A stretch of 64,000 nt of DNA. Origin: Acidobacteriota bacterium (GTDB taxonomy: Bacteria; Acidobacteriota; Thermoanaerobaculia; Multivoradales; Multivoraceae). The position numbers and the translations under genes were made by a program. The stretch lies in the NCBI GenBank assembly GCA_029263415.1, contig JAJCXN010000058.1, positions 51,724-115,723 on the forward strand, read 5' to 3'. The notes under the pieces are model-generated. The model did no database searches and was not told the origin of the DNA. It saw only the letters and a list, made by a program, of their open reading frames with translations. Positions 30,445-39,779 of this stretch are shown here, piece by piece. Each line of letters starts with the position of its first letter. Within the stretch, counting starts at the first letter, position 1.

Positions 30445-32387
30445 TCCTGCTCTTCCCCATCATCCTCGATTGCTGACCGTTGCTTGCTGCTCCTTTTGCG
30501 ATGCGAGTGCAGTAGGGCAAGGCCCGCAGCTACAGCAGGACGCCGTTTCAGTCGTTCCTTTAGCCCGGCACTTCCCGCCGGCTTCAATCGTCCTGCTTCA
30601 CCGAGTCCTCGAGCCGCTGCCCGGCGCAGCTTGCCGGACGAGGTACGAGGGATCTCTCCTGCTTCAACCAAGTCAAGCCGCGCCACCTTCAGGCCCAAGT
30701 TTGCGAGCACAGCGGCCTTGCAGGCTTCACCCAAAGCGCCGAGCTGTTCGCTTGCGACCCGAGTCTCGGCGATCACCCAAAGTCCCTCGCCGGTAGCGCG
30801 GCCTTTGTCGTGCACGGCGAGCGCGCTCACGGCGACGACGCATCCGGTGCGCACGCCAGCTACTCCTGAGACTAGTTCTTCAATCGGGATCGCCGACCAG
30901 TTGCGGCCTCGCAAGACCAGCGTGTCCTTCTTGCGGCCGGTCAAATAGAGAGCGCCGTCGTGAACAAAGCCGAGGTCGCCAGTGGCCAGCCAGCCACCGT
31001 TGAGCGTTCGATCGGTCAAGGCCGCGTGACCAAGGTACGCGGTCAACAACGAGGGGCCGCTGGTGAACACCTCGCCTTCCTCGTCTTGGTTGACCACGGC
31101 ACCGCTTGGGTCTCGAACCTCGACCGCGAATCCAGGAACCGGTTGCCCGACCGAAACCAGTTCACTCGACGGAGGCGACCCGTCGGCGTTCGCTTGCCGG
31201 TCTCCCGAAGCAACGGCCCGACCCTCACTCAGCGCGTCCAGGTCAAACCAAGCCGACTGCGGTCGAGACTCAAGGTCTGAGAACGTCACCGCCAAAGCCG
31301 CCTCCGCCAACCCATACACCGGAGTCATCGCTTCGGGTCTGAAACCCACCGGCTGAAAGCGTTCGTTGAAGGCGCGAACGGTATCCATCGACACGGCTTC
31401 GGCACCGTTGAGTGCGGCACGCCACCGCGAGAGATCAACACCCTCGAGGTCGCGCTCGCGAACGCGATCCACACACAAGCTGTAGGCGAAGTTGGGTGCT
31501 GGAGAAATGGTCGCTCGCGTGCGCGACAGCGTTCGCAGCCAGATCGCGGGTCGCGCCAAGAACACCTCGGGTGGGATCAACCACAGGTTCGCTACGCGCA
31601 GCAGCGCGGGCAGCACACAGCCGATTAGCCCCATGTCGTGGTAAAGCGGCAACCAGGAGACGCCCGCTTGTTCCTGCTCGTCGGTGTCAGGCCAGTGGCC
31701 GGCCAGGATCGCCGCTTGGTGAAGTAAGGCGCGGTGCGACAAGGCGACCGGCTTAGGTGCCACTGTGGTTCCCGATGAAAACTGGACCAGCGCCAGATCT
31801 TCTGGACTCGCGCTGTAGTCCACGTCGGCAACGCAGACGACAGCGCTCTCTTGCCCCTTTTTCAATGATCGCAGCGATTCCAAGGTGTGCATTCCCAGCG
31901 GCGCGCGATACAGCGCTTCAACGCCTCCGAGCAAGCGAGCTACTCTCGGCTCCGCAACCACAATCCTCGCCGCGGCTGCTGCAAGCATTTCGGCGGTGCG
32001 CTGGTCATACTGGTCCATCTTTCCCAAGCGCACGGGTGGGTAAAGGGGGGTCGGCACCGCGCCGATCATCAAGGCGCCGAAGAAGCCATCGAAGAACTCA
32101 GGCGTGGTGCTGAACACCAAGGCCACTCGTTCGCCCGCGACCACCCCGGCTGCTCGCAGAACGCTGGCTGTCTCGCTGGCACGTTCGATGACCACCGCCC
32201 AAGGCACCAGGGTTTCCTTTTCGCGCAGATCCACGAACCGCAACCCTCGAGTCGCTGCGCGTGGCGACTCGGCCGCGCGGGCCAAAGCCTCGAGCACCGT
32301 CGGTGGCACCCCCGGCATCGCCACCGCCGGGGTCTCGAGCCGCGCCGGCTGAGCGCTGCTCATATCTACTCTCCTGTGCTCGACCAT
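30441..32387 (-). CDS. Fatty acyl-AMP ligase (FAAL) / AMP-dependent synthetase
   Basis: Adenylate-forming motifs (FSSGTTVAPKPVALSHRAL, GDLGF) and a FAAL-type insertion. It is adjacent to ACP and the type III PKS. Confidence 0.8.
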   Translation of the reverse strand: MVEHRRVDMSSAQPARLETPAVAMPGVPPTVLEALARAAESPRAATRGLRFVDLREKETLVPWAVVIERASETASVLRAAGVVAGERVALVFSTTPEFFDGFFGALMIGAVPTPLYPPVRLGKMDQYDQRTAEMLAAAAARIVVAEPRVARLLGGVEALYRAPLGMHTLESLRSLKKGQESAVVCVADVDYSASPEDLALVQFSSGTTVAPKPVALSHRALLHQAAILAGHWPDTDEQEQAGVSWLPLYHDMGLIGCVLPALLRVANLWLIPPEVFLARPAIWLRTLSRTRATISPAPNFAYSLCVDRVRERDLEGVDLSRWRAALNGAEAVSMDTVRAFNERFQPVGFRPEAMTPVYGLAEAALAVTFSDLESRPQSAWFDLDALSEGRAVASGDRQANADGSPPSSELVSVGQPVPGFAVEVRDPSGAVVNQDEEGEVFTSGPSLLTAYLGHAALTDRTLNGGWLATGDLGFVHDGALYLTGRKKDTLVLRGRNWSAIPIEELVSGVAGVRTGCVVAVSALAVHDKGRATGEGLWVIAETRVASEQLGALGEACKAAVLANLGLKVARLDLVEAGEIPRTSSGKLRRAAARGLGEAGRLKPAGSAGLKERLKRRPAVAAGLALLHSHRKRSSKQRSAIEDDGEEQE

Positions 32388-32704
32388 CAGGCCTTCTTGC
32401 GGCCGATCAACTCGACCAAGCTGCCGAGGGTTTCGATCGACAGGGGAGCAGCAGGGCCCTCGGCATCCTCGATTGGGGCACCCGGATCGAACTCATCGAG
32501 AACCACTTCGAAGTGGTTCTCTACTTCGACCGCAAGAGTGAGCAGCTGGATCGAATCCAGGCCGAGGTCCTCTACCAGACGCAGGTCCAAGAAGGCTCTC
32601 TGGTCGAGCTCTAGCAGGGTCGGGTCTGAGAGCTCTAGATGCTCGCGCGCCACACTAACGATGCCCGAGACGATCGCGTCTTGGCTACTCATGGTCAGTC
32701 CCAT
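32387..32704 (-). CDS. Acyl carrier protein
   Basis: A phosphopantetheine attachment motif is present (LGLDSIQLLTL). Length is 105 aa. Confidence 0.7.
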   Translation of the reverse strand: MGLTMSSQDAIVSGIVSVAREHLELSDPTLLELDQRAFLDLRLVEDLGLDSIQLLTLAVEVENHFEVVLDEFDPGAPIEDAEGPAAPLSIETLGSLVELIGRKKA

Positions 32705-33308
32705 AGACGGCTTGCTCCTCGACTCGGATCCGGTGACGCAGCAACACAGCGTTGGCCACAGTCACGGCGACCGCCGTTCGCCACGCGCCGTGGATCAGGG
32801 GAAGTGCAAACAGCTCTACCACCACCGCAACGTAGTTCGGGTGGCGTAGCCATCGATAGGGGCCGCGCGCGACCGCCGGCCGGCCAGGTTCAGAAACCAC
32901 TCGCGTATTCCATCTGTCACCCAGGCTGAGGATGGCCCAATAGCGCAGGCTCATCGACAACGCTACGGCACCCACCGACACCAACGTTAGCCAGCCCTGC
33001 GGCCAGGTGGGAAGCAGCCAGACCTCAAGCACCAGCGCAACGAAGAAGCCCGTATGCAGCAAAACCATCACCGGATAGTGGCCCGCGCCAACCTCACGGC
33101 CTCCGCGCGCGAGCACTCGCCGTGTGTTGCGTCGCGATAGCCACACCTCGAACAACCGCTCTAGGGCCACCGCCGCAACGATCATCAAGAACGCGGAGCG
33201 TGTGCTTTGCGACGCCGCCGCGATCGGTTGCAGAACATCCCCGAGATTCCCTACCGCCGCTGCTGTGCTCGTTGGCACTACCAACGCAACAGGACCAACT
33301 CGGAACAA
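32685..33308 (-). CDS. ICMT/PEMT-family membrane methyltransferase (SrsB-like)
   Basis: Multi-TM protein with a C-terminal motif (RWLRHPNYVAVVVELFALPL...EE) typical of the isoprenylcysteine carboxyl methyltransferase fold. Confidence 0.75.
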   Translation of the reverse strand: MFRVGPVALVVPTSTAAAVGNLGDVLQPIAAASQSTRSAFLMIVAAVALERLFEVWLSRRNTRRVLARGGREVGAGHYPVMVLLHTGFFVALVLEVWLLPTWPQGWLTLVSVGAVALSMSLRYWAILSLGDRWNTRVVSEPGRPAVARGPYRWLRHPNYVAVVVELFALPLIHGAWRTAVAVTVANAVLLRHRIRVEEQAVYGTDHE

Positions 33309-34339
33309 AAGCCCGGACCCATCGCCAACATCAGTCCCAAGGATCCCGACGTCGGTCGACGCTCAGCCATGGTCTGTTCCAGCACCATTAACACTGAGGT
33401 TGAAGAGAGGTTGCCGACTTCGCGCAAGCTACGCCAAGTCAACTCAAGCGCCTCCTCCTCGAGATCGAGCGCTTGTTGCATGGCCATCAGAACCTTCGGT
33501 CCACCAGGATGGCAAACGAAGCTCTCGATGTCCTCGAGAGTCAGTCGTTGGTCTGCAAGAAAGGCGTCGGTATCGTGCCGTAGATGCTCTCGCACGACCT
33601 CAGGCACCGTTGCTGAAAGCACGATGCCAAAACCACGCTCGGTGATGTCCCACCCCATCACCCGCTCAGAATCTGGATAGGTCACCGACGCCGACGCCAC
33701 CACCTCAGGGCCCGGTGCGCTGATCTCTTGAGCTAAGGTCTCGCCGCAAATCACCAAGGCGGCAGCTCCATCGCCAAACAGACCAGATGCGATCAAGTTC
33801 GGAATCGACAGGTCTTCGCGCTGCAAAGTGAGCGAGCACAACTCGACTGACAGCAGAATCGCCGCCTGGTCCGGATACGCCTTGACGTAGTCAGCTGCCC
33901 GCGCGGTGCCAGCGGCGCCCGCCACGCAGCCCAGCCCAAAGATCGGCACCCGCTTGATCGATCGCGGCAGGTCGATGCGGTTCATCAAGCGCGCGTCGAT
34001 CGACGGCACTGCGAGGCCGGTCACCGACACCGTGAATAGCGCGCCGATCCGGTCACGCGGCACCCGGGCAGTTTCGATCGCGTCGTTGATCGCTTGGCCG
34101 CCCAGATCAAGCGCGGTCCCAATCCACGCATCATTGCTCTTGCCAAAACTGTCGAGCGACGCGTACTCCTCGATCGGCAGCGCGAGATGGCGCCCACCCA
34201 CCAACACGTTCTCGTGCAACTTGCGTAGTCGAGCACTGTTGAAATGCCTGACCTTCCACTCCTCCTCAAGCCGCGCCACAAGCGTCTCTTGGTCGTAGAA
34301 GTGCGGCGGCAAAGCGGAGCGAACCGCGGCGATTTTCAT
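33278..34339 (-). CDS. Type III polyketide synthase (chalcone/stilbene-synthase family; alkylresorcinol/alkylpyrone type)
   Basis: The active-site Cys region (GLGCVAGAAG) and CHS-like C-terminus are present. The start is taken at MKIAAVRS (ATG 34339). Confidence 0.9.
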   Translation of the reverse strand: MKIAAVRSALPPHFYDQETLVARLEEEWKVRHFNSARLRKLHENVLVGGRHLALPIEEYASLDSFGKSNDAWIGTALDLGGQAINDAIETARVPRDRIGALFTVSVTGLAVPSIDARLMNRIDLPRSIKRVPIFGLGCVAGAAGTARAADYVKAYPDQAAILLSVELCSLTLQREDLSIPNLIASGLFGDGAAALVICGETLAQEISAPGPEVVASASVTYPDSERVMGWDITERGFGIVLSATVPEVVREHLRHDTDAFLADQRLTLEDIESFVCHPGGPKVLMAMQQALDLEEEALELTWRSLREVGNLSSTSVLMVLEQTMAERRPTSGSLGLMLAMGPGFCSELVLLRW

Positions 34340-34674
34340 GGAGTGTCCAAGTCGAGGTCGAGCCCATTCCGAGCGGGGAACCGAGCAGCGAAGCACGCGA
34401 AGTTGCGCGCGGAAAGCTCACTCAGTCTAGCCGCAGACTCAGACCTTCGGGCATCGGTTCGAGAGGCCGGTGACACGAACGTTCGGCATTTCTCAAGCCC
34501 GCGAGGGGACACCGGCATTCGACAAAGGATTTACCTCAGCGCAACCTGCGCGGCAACCGGCGGATCAGCGATCCTTTCGCACCGCTAGCTCGTATAGATT
34601 CTGGTTGAGTTCGACGCACCCCTCGCTCATCGCGGCGCCCCTCCAACGACCTCCAACGATTAGTCCCCCCGCTT

Positions 34675-35598
34675 ATGACGACTCCTTCCGCGACGCCCTC
34701 GTTGCCCATCACCTACTCGCCCGCCGCGGGCCGAGCCCCAAAGGTCGAACTTCGTAGCCTCGACACGCTCTGGTTCCAGGTCGCGGGCACCGTGTGCAAT
34801 CTCGCCTGCAACCACTGTTTCATCTCGTGCTCCCCCACCAACCACACCCATGAGTTCATGAGCCTTGTGGAGATCGAGCCCTACTTGAGCGAAGCAATCG
34901 GGCTGGGCGTCAAGGAGTACTACTTCACCGGTGGCGAGCCGTTCTTGAACCCGGAGATGGAGGAGATCCTCGAAGCCACCTTGCGCCAAGGGCCGGCGAG
35001 CGTTCTGACCAATGGCCTGTTGCTCGATCAAGAGCGTTGCGAGCGCTTAGCAGCGTTGTCCGGGAGCTCGTGTTATTCGCTCGACCTGCGTGTTTCACTC
35101 GACGGCTACGACGCCACAACCAACGATCCGATCCGGGGCGAAGGCACCTTCGAGCGAGCTTTTGACGGCATCCTCAGGCTAAACGGTGCAGGGCTCAACC
35201 CCGTGGTAACCGTAACCGAGGCCGACCCGGAGATGGGATCGGCGGGCGGACGGCAACGCTTCCTCGATCTCTTGCGCAGTAGCGGCATCGCTCATCCCAG
35301 GCTCAAGATCCTCCCAGTGTTCAACATCGGCGCTGAGGCCGAGCGCACTAGCTCGTATGAAAGCTGGCAGCGGCTGCGTGAAGAGGACGCGACGGTCGAA
35401 GGCCCCGAGGCCTGGGACCATCTGCAGTGCAGCGCCTGCCGCATGGTCACCGACCAAGGCGTGTGGGTGTGCCCGATCTTGGTCAACGAACCCACAGCAC
35501 GAATGGGAGAGACCATCGCCGACACGCTCGCGCCTTTCAAGCTCGATCACCCTGCCTGTTGGACCTGTCACGTCTATGGGGTTAGCTGCCGCACCTAG
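34675..35598 (+). CDS. Radical SAM protein with a Cys-rich C-terminal (SPASM/twitch-like) region
   Basis: CNLACNHC (CxxxCxxC) motif, plus additional Cys clusters near the C-terminus (CSAC...CPIL...CWTCHVYGVSC). Confidence 0.75.
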   Translation: MTTPSATPSLPITYSPAAGRAPKVELRSLDTLWFQVAGTVCNLACNHCFISCSPTNHTHEFMSLVEIEPYLSEAIGLGVKEYYFTGGEPFLNPEMEEILEATLRQGPASVLTNGLLLDQERCERLAALSGSSCYSLDLRVSLDGYDATTNDPIRGEGTFERAFDGILRLNGAGLNPVVTVTEADPEMGSAGGRQRFLDLLRSSGIAHPRLKILPVFNIGAEAERTSSYESWQRLREEDATVEGPEAWDHLQCSACRMVTDQGVWVCPILVNEPTARMGETIADTLAPFKLDHPACWTCHVYGVSCRT

Positions 35599-35635
35599 CG
35601 TGTCGCAACGATTCAACCCCACGACCCATCATTCA

Positions 35636-36712
35636 ATGCCCACAGATCACCCACCTCGCTCTGCAGAACTCTCAGCAGAAGCAGCCAAGAGCACCCTTAA
35701 GGAGGGCGACGCTAGCCGCGAGCTATCGGAGAAGGAGCGCCTGGTTCGCCACCGTGGCCTTGCCACCTGGGGGGAACGGCTGGTGCCGTTGGACCGCTTC
35801 CGCGACGCGGCGGCCCAACGCGGCACGGAACTCGACGCCACCCAACGCGCGGCTGCCGAACAAGCGTTCGTCGCAACACAAGACGACGGTGTAGTAGCCG
35901 AGGGGCCGTTTGAGCGCATCGTGGTCTTCGGCGGGATCTACAACAACCACATAGCACTGGATGCGCTGATCGACGACGCCAACGCTTGGGGCGCAGACGC
36001 GGTTTACTGCCTGGGCGATTTCGGCGGTTTCGGCCCCTCGCCCGACAAAGTCTGGCCTCTGTTAGAGCGCGGCGGCATTCGGTCGATCCAAGGCAACTAC
36101 GAACAGTCTTTGTCCTCTGGCGCCGAAGACTGTAACTGCGGCTACGCCGACCCGCGCGATAACCACTTCGCCGAGTTGTCCTACCTCTACACCGCGCAGA
36201 ACTCAAGCGACGCCTTCAAGCAAGCCATGGGCGAACTGCCCTTGCGCCGGAGAGTGAAGCTGAGCAACCCCAGCAACAGCAACTCGCCGTTCGAGTTGCT
36301 GTTGATTCACGGCTCGCCGCGCCGCATTAACGAGTTCCTCTTCGAATCGGCAACCCCAGACCCCTACCTCGAGGTTCTGCTCGATCAAGAACGGGCCGAT
36401 GCGATCCTCTGCACTCACACCGGTCTTCAGTGGCAACGCCAGCTCGCCTCCGGCCGCAGCTTGATCAACGTCGGCGTAATCGGCAGACCCGCGAACGACG
36501 GCGCACGCAATGTCTGGAGCACTCGCATCGAAGTGCGCGAGGGCGCGTTGCACGCCGAGCACGTGCCGCTCCACTACGACAGCGAAGCCTTAGCCGCAGA
36601 GATGCGTCGAGAACAGCTTCCCGACGAGTTCGTTGACACCATCCTGAGTGGATGGTGGACCACCTGTCTCGAGATCTTGCCTGCCAAGGAACGTGCGGCT
36701 TCGCGCTTCTAG
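35636..36712 (+). CDS. Metallophosphoesterase (calcineurin-like phosphoesterase)
   Basis: Motifs GDxxG-like (LGDFGGFG) and GNYE...(GNHE-like). Start ATG 35636 lies after the radical SAM stop. The longer listed ORF overlaps and is probably spurious at its 5' end. Confidence 0.7.
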   Translation: MPTDHPPRSAELSAEAAKSTLKEGDASRELSEKERLVRHRGLATWGERLVPLDRFRDAAAQRGTELDATQRAAAEQAFVATQDDGVVAEGPFERIVVFGGIYNNHIALDALIDDANAWGADAVYCLGDFGGFGPSPDKVWPLLERGGIRSIQGNYEQSLSSGAEDCNCGYADPRDNHFAELSYLYTAQNSSDAFKQAMGELPLRRRVKLSNPSNSNSPFELLLIHGSPRRINEFLFESATPDPYLEVLLDQERADAILCTHTGLQWQRQLASGRSLINVGVIGRPANDGARNVWSTRIEVREGALHAEHVPLHYDSEALAAEMRREQLPDEFVDTILSGWWTTCLEILPAKERAASRF

Positions 36713-36734
36713 CGGGGGGCAGAGTTCTCCTGAC

Positions 36735-38012
36735 ATGACAACAGCTCCATCCTTGGCGAAGCTCTTGCCAGAACACACCGACGTCGCCATCTTGGGCGCG
36801 GGTCCGATCGGGCTGGACGCTGCCTTGGCGATGGCAGAGGCGGGCAGGCCGTTCGTCTTGCTTGAAAGCGGCGCTCGGCCCGCCGCAGGGATTAGGTCCT
36901 GGGGGGCGGTTCGTTTGTTCACGCCATGGTCGATGAACCTGTCGCAGCGCATGCGCGAGGCTCTTGACCACAAAGCGCCAGACACGGACGCCTGCCCCAC
37001 CGGCGACGAACTGTGTGATCAAGCTCTCAACAGGATCGCTAGTTGCCCCGCGATCGCGCCGCGCTGCTTTACTGAAACAAGAGCGCTCGCGGTCGGTCGC
37101 GATGGTCTGCTCAAGCGCGAGGAGATCGGCACCGAGCGGCGAGCCGAGCGGCTCTTCCGCCTCCTGCTGCAAACACCAAACGGCGAACGTGTGCTCTACG
37201 CCACAACAGTTCTGGATTGCACCGGCTCGCATCACACCCCTAACTGGTTCGGCCATGGAGGTATCCCAGCAGCTGGCGAGCGCCTGCTTGCCGAGCAAGA
37301 CGACGGCAGGCTCATTCGAACCATTGGTCAATTTCTCGAGGTCCGGGACTGGCAAGGCCAGCGCGTATTGCTGGTCGGTGCCGGCCATTCCGCTCAAACC
37401 GCCGCCGTGACACTCGCCGGTTCCGCTGACCGCGTTCACTGGGTCTTGCGTGGCAACGGCGAGAACCTCGCGGCGATCGAAGGCGACCCCCTCCCCGAAC
37501 GCTCGGCCCTGCACCTGCGTGCGCGGCAGTTTCTCGACGGCGCTAACACCAATGTCACCGCTCACCGCAACACCTCCGTTGAAAGCCTGCACTCGAACAA
37601 CGACGACGGCAGCATCACGGTCCGTCTGCGCTCATCAGCCGCGCGCCCGGCCAGTGCGCACAACGGGGGCGCGCACAGCGAGTACGCCCAAGAATGCACT
37701 GTCAACCGGATCGTCGCCTTGGTCGGTTCCATTGGCGATCAGCAGCTCTATCGCGAACTTCAAGTCCAAGAATGCTACGCCACCGGCGGCCCTATGCGCC
37801 TCGCCGCAGCCCTCCTGGGCGAGGGTGAGCGAACTGGCGGGGACCATGCGAGCAACACCGACTGCCTCGCTCAAGTGAGTCAAGGTCCCGAAACCTTGTT
37901 GACCCCAGAGCCTGGCTACTTCATCCTCGGCAATAAATCCTACGGTCGCAACAACGCCTTCCTGCTGCGCATCGGCTATCAACAGGTCGATGACGTGCTC
38001 ACATTGATCTAA
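36735..38012 (+). CDS. FAD/NAD(P)-binding oxidoreductase (two Rossmann motifs; flavin monooxygenase / disulfide-reductase-like)
   Basis: GAGPIG near the N-terminus and GAGHSA mid-protein. Start ATG 36735. Confidence 0.7.
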   Translation: MTTAPSLAKLLPEHTDVAILGAGPIGLDAALAMAEAGRPFVLLESGARPAAGIRSWGAVRLFTPWSMNLSQRMREALDHKAPDTDACPTGDELCDQALNRIASCPAIAPRCFTETRALAVGRDGLLKREEIGTERRAERLFRLLLQTPNGERVLYATTVLDCTGSHHTPNWFGHGGIPAAGERLLAEQDDGRLIRTIGQFLEVRDWQGQRVLLVGAGHSAQTAAVTLAGSADRVHWVLRGNGENLAAIEGDPLPERSALHLRARQFLDGANTNVTAHRNTSVESLHSNNDDGSITVRLRSSAARPASAHNGGAHSEYAQECTVNRIVALVGSIGDQQLYRELQVQECYATGGPMRLAAALLGEGERTGGDHASNTDCLAQVSQGPETLLTPEPGYFILGNKSYGRNNAFLLRIGYQQVDDVLTLI

Positions 38013-38069
38013 CCTTTGATCCAATGGGCGACTGTCACCGCTTAGAGCCATCGAAAACGAGGACCCTCA

Positions 38070-39779
38070 ATGCACCGTCTCCGCCATGTCCTGTCCGCAT
38101 TCCCCGCGCGCCCCAACTCTCGCCCTCTATTGGCGCTTGCGCTCCTCGCGCTGGCTGCGCTGAGTGCTTGTACTGGCGAACCGTTCGGAATCCTCCCGCC
38201 CGACCGCACCGCACCCGTCGTCACCAACTCGGGCACGGTGGTTGGCGAGCACATTCCGGCGACTGAGAGCGCTCAAGCGATAGATGTCTTCCGTGGCGTT
38301 CCCTATGCCGCACCTCCGGTGGGCGACCTGCGCTGGCAAGCGCCGCAAGACCCAGCGTCTTGGGCCGAGACTCGCGAGATGGTCGACTTCGGTGCGCGGT
38401 GCCCGCAACCGGTGCGTACCGAAGAAGAGGGCGTTCACTACGACGAAGACTGTCTAACGCTCAACATCTGGACGAGGTCTGATCGCAGCGGCAAGCGGCC
38501 CAACCCGACCGTCGTCCGCGAGCAGCGCCCGGTCTTCGTCTGGATCCACGGCGGCGGCTTTCGCACCGGCTCAGGTTCTGCGGCCTATTCGAACGGGACA
38601 CGCTTCGTCGAAGACGGGGCGGTGCTGGTATCGATCAACTATCGGCTCGGAGCACTCGGCTTTCTCGCTCATCCAACGTTGCTCGCCGAGCAGCCCAACG
38701 CGAACTTCGCACTGCTCGACATGCGCAAGGCGCTCGAGTGGGTGAATCGCAACATCAGCGAGTTCGGCGGCGACAACGGCAACGTCACGATCTTTGGCGA
38801 ATCCGCCGGAGGCATGGCTGTACAACTGCTGATGTCCCAGCGCAAGGTGCGCTTTCAACAAGCGATCTCGATGAGCGGCTACGGCACCTGGCCACTGCCC
38901 CGCGTGCCTACGATGTTACCCAAGGGCAAACCGAGCGCTGGCGCCAACCCCTTCGGCAACCGCGCCGAAGCTCCTCTCTTGAGCGCAACCGCGATGGGCG
39001 AAGCGATCATTCAAAGCGCGCTCGAAGCGGCTTCAATGGAACCAGGCACCGACCCGCGAACGATCCCAGTCGATGCTTTGACCGGCGCTGTCGCCAGCCT
39101 GCACCTGCCGATCGTCGACGGAACAAGCCTGCCAGACGAACCTGCTCTCGTCTTTGCTCGCGGCGGCCAGGCTCCGGTGCCCTACATGGCGGGCGGCAAT
39201 AGTTACGACGGCGCAGTCATGGCCATGGCCGGTCTTGATCCAGCAGACTTCATGGGCAGCTGGGGTGAGTGGCAAGACGAGCTACGCGCACTCTACGCGT
39301 CGGACTTCGCCGTCAGCGACGGCCTTGGCGCCTCGCGCTTGTTCGGCGACGGCCGCTACCTGCTCGCCGCTCGCCTGACCGCGCGCAGCATGCGCACCGT
39401 CAATCAACCCGGCTTCCTCTATTACTACGACTTCGTGCCGCAAGCCAATCGCGATCAATGGCCCGGAACCCCTCATGCCTCCGAGCTCGGCACGCTCTTT
39501 GACGCGCCGGTCTCAGGCGACGCAACGACAGCGACGGACCCGGGCGTCGAGGAAGCACGAGCCCTCGGCGCCTCGTTAAGGCGCGCGTTCATCGAGTTTG
39601 GTCGAACCCGCAAGCCCAAGGGCGACGACTGGCCGCCATACGACGAGATGTCGGACCAATGGTTCGTGATCGGCCGGGAGGGCGTGCTGGCTACCGAGGT
39701 CGGCGTGCTTAAGGACAAACTCGACTTCTTAGAGGATCACTACCAGCAGCGCATCGCGGCCCAAGGCGTCGGCGGCTAG
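38070..39779 (+). CDS. Carboxylesterase type B (para-nitrobenzyl esterase-like), lipoprotein
   Basis: GESAGG active-site motif, and a lipobox-like signal (LALAALSACTGEP). Confidence 0.85.
   Translation: MHRLRHVLSAFPARPNSRPLLALALLALAALSACTGEPFGILPPDRTAPVVTNSGTVVGEHIPATESAQAIDVFRGVPYAAPPVGDLRWQAPQDPASWAETREMVDFGARCPQPVRTEEEGVHYDEDCLTLNIWTRSDRSGKRPNPTVVREQRPVFVWIHGGGFRTGSGSAAYSNGTRFVEDGAVLVSINYRLGALGFLAHPTLLAEQPNANFALLDMRKALEWVNRNISEFGGDNGNVTIFGESAGGMAVQLLMSQRKVRFQQAISMSGYGTWPLPRVPTMLPKGKPSAGANPFGNRAEAPLLSATAMGEAIIQSALEAASMEPGTDPRTIPVDALTGAVASLHLPIVDGTSLPDEPALVFARGGQAPVPYMAGGNSYDGAVMAMAGLDPADFMGSWGEWQDELRALYASDFAVSDGLGASRLFGDGRYLLAARLTARSMRTVNQPGFLYYYDFVPQANRDQWPGTPHASELGTLFDAPVSGDATTATDPGVEEARALGASLRRAFIEFGRTRKPKGDDWPPYDEMSDQWFVIGREGVLATEVGVLKDKLDFLEDHYQQRIAAQGVGG

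Noticed and set aside
36465-37592. 375-aa ORF antisense to the flavoprotein and phosphoesterase genes
   Set aside because: A shadow ORF with Arg/Ala-rich composition. The sense-strand genes carry clear Rossmann and phosphoesterase motifs.
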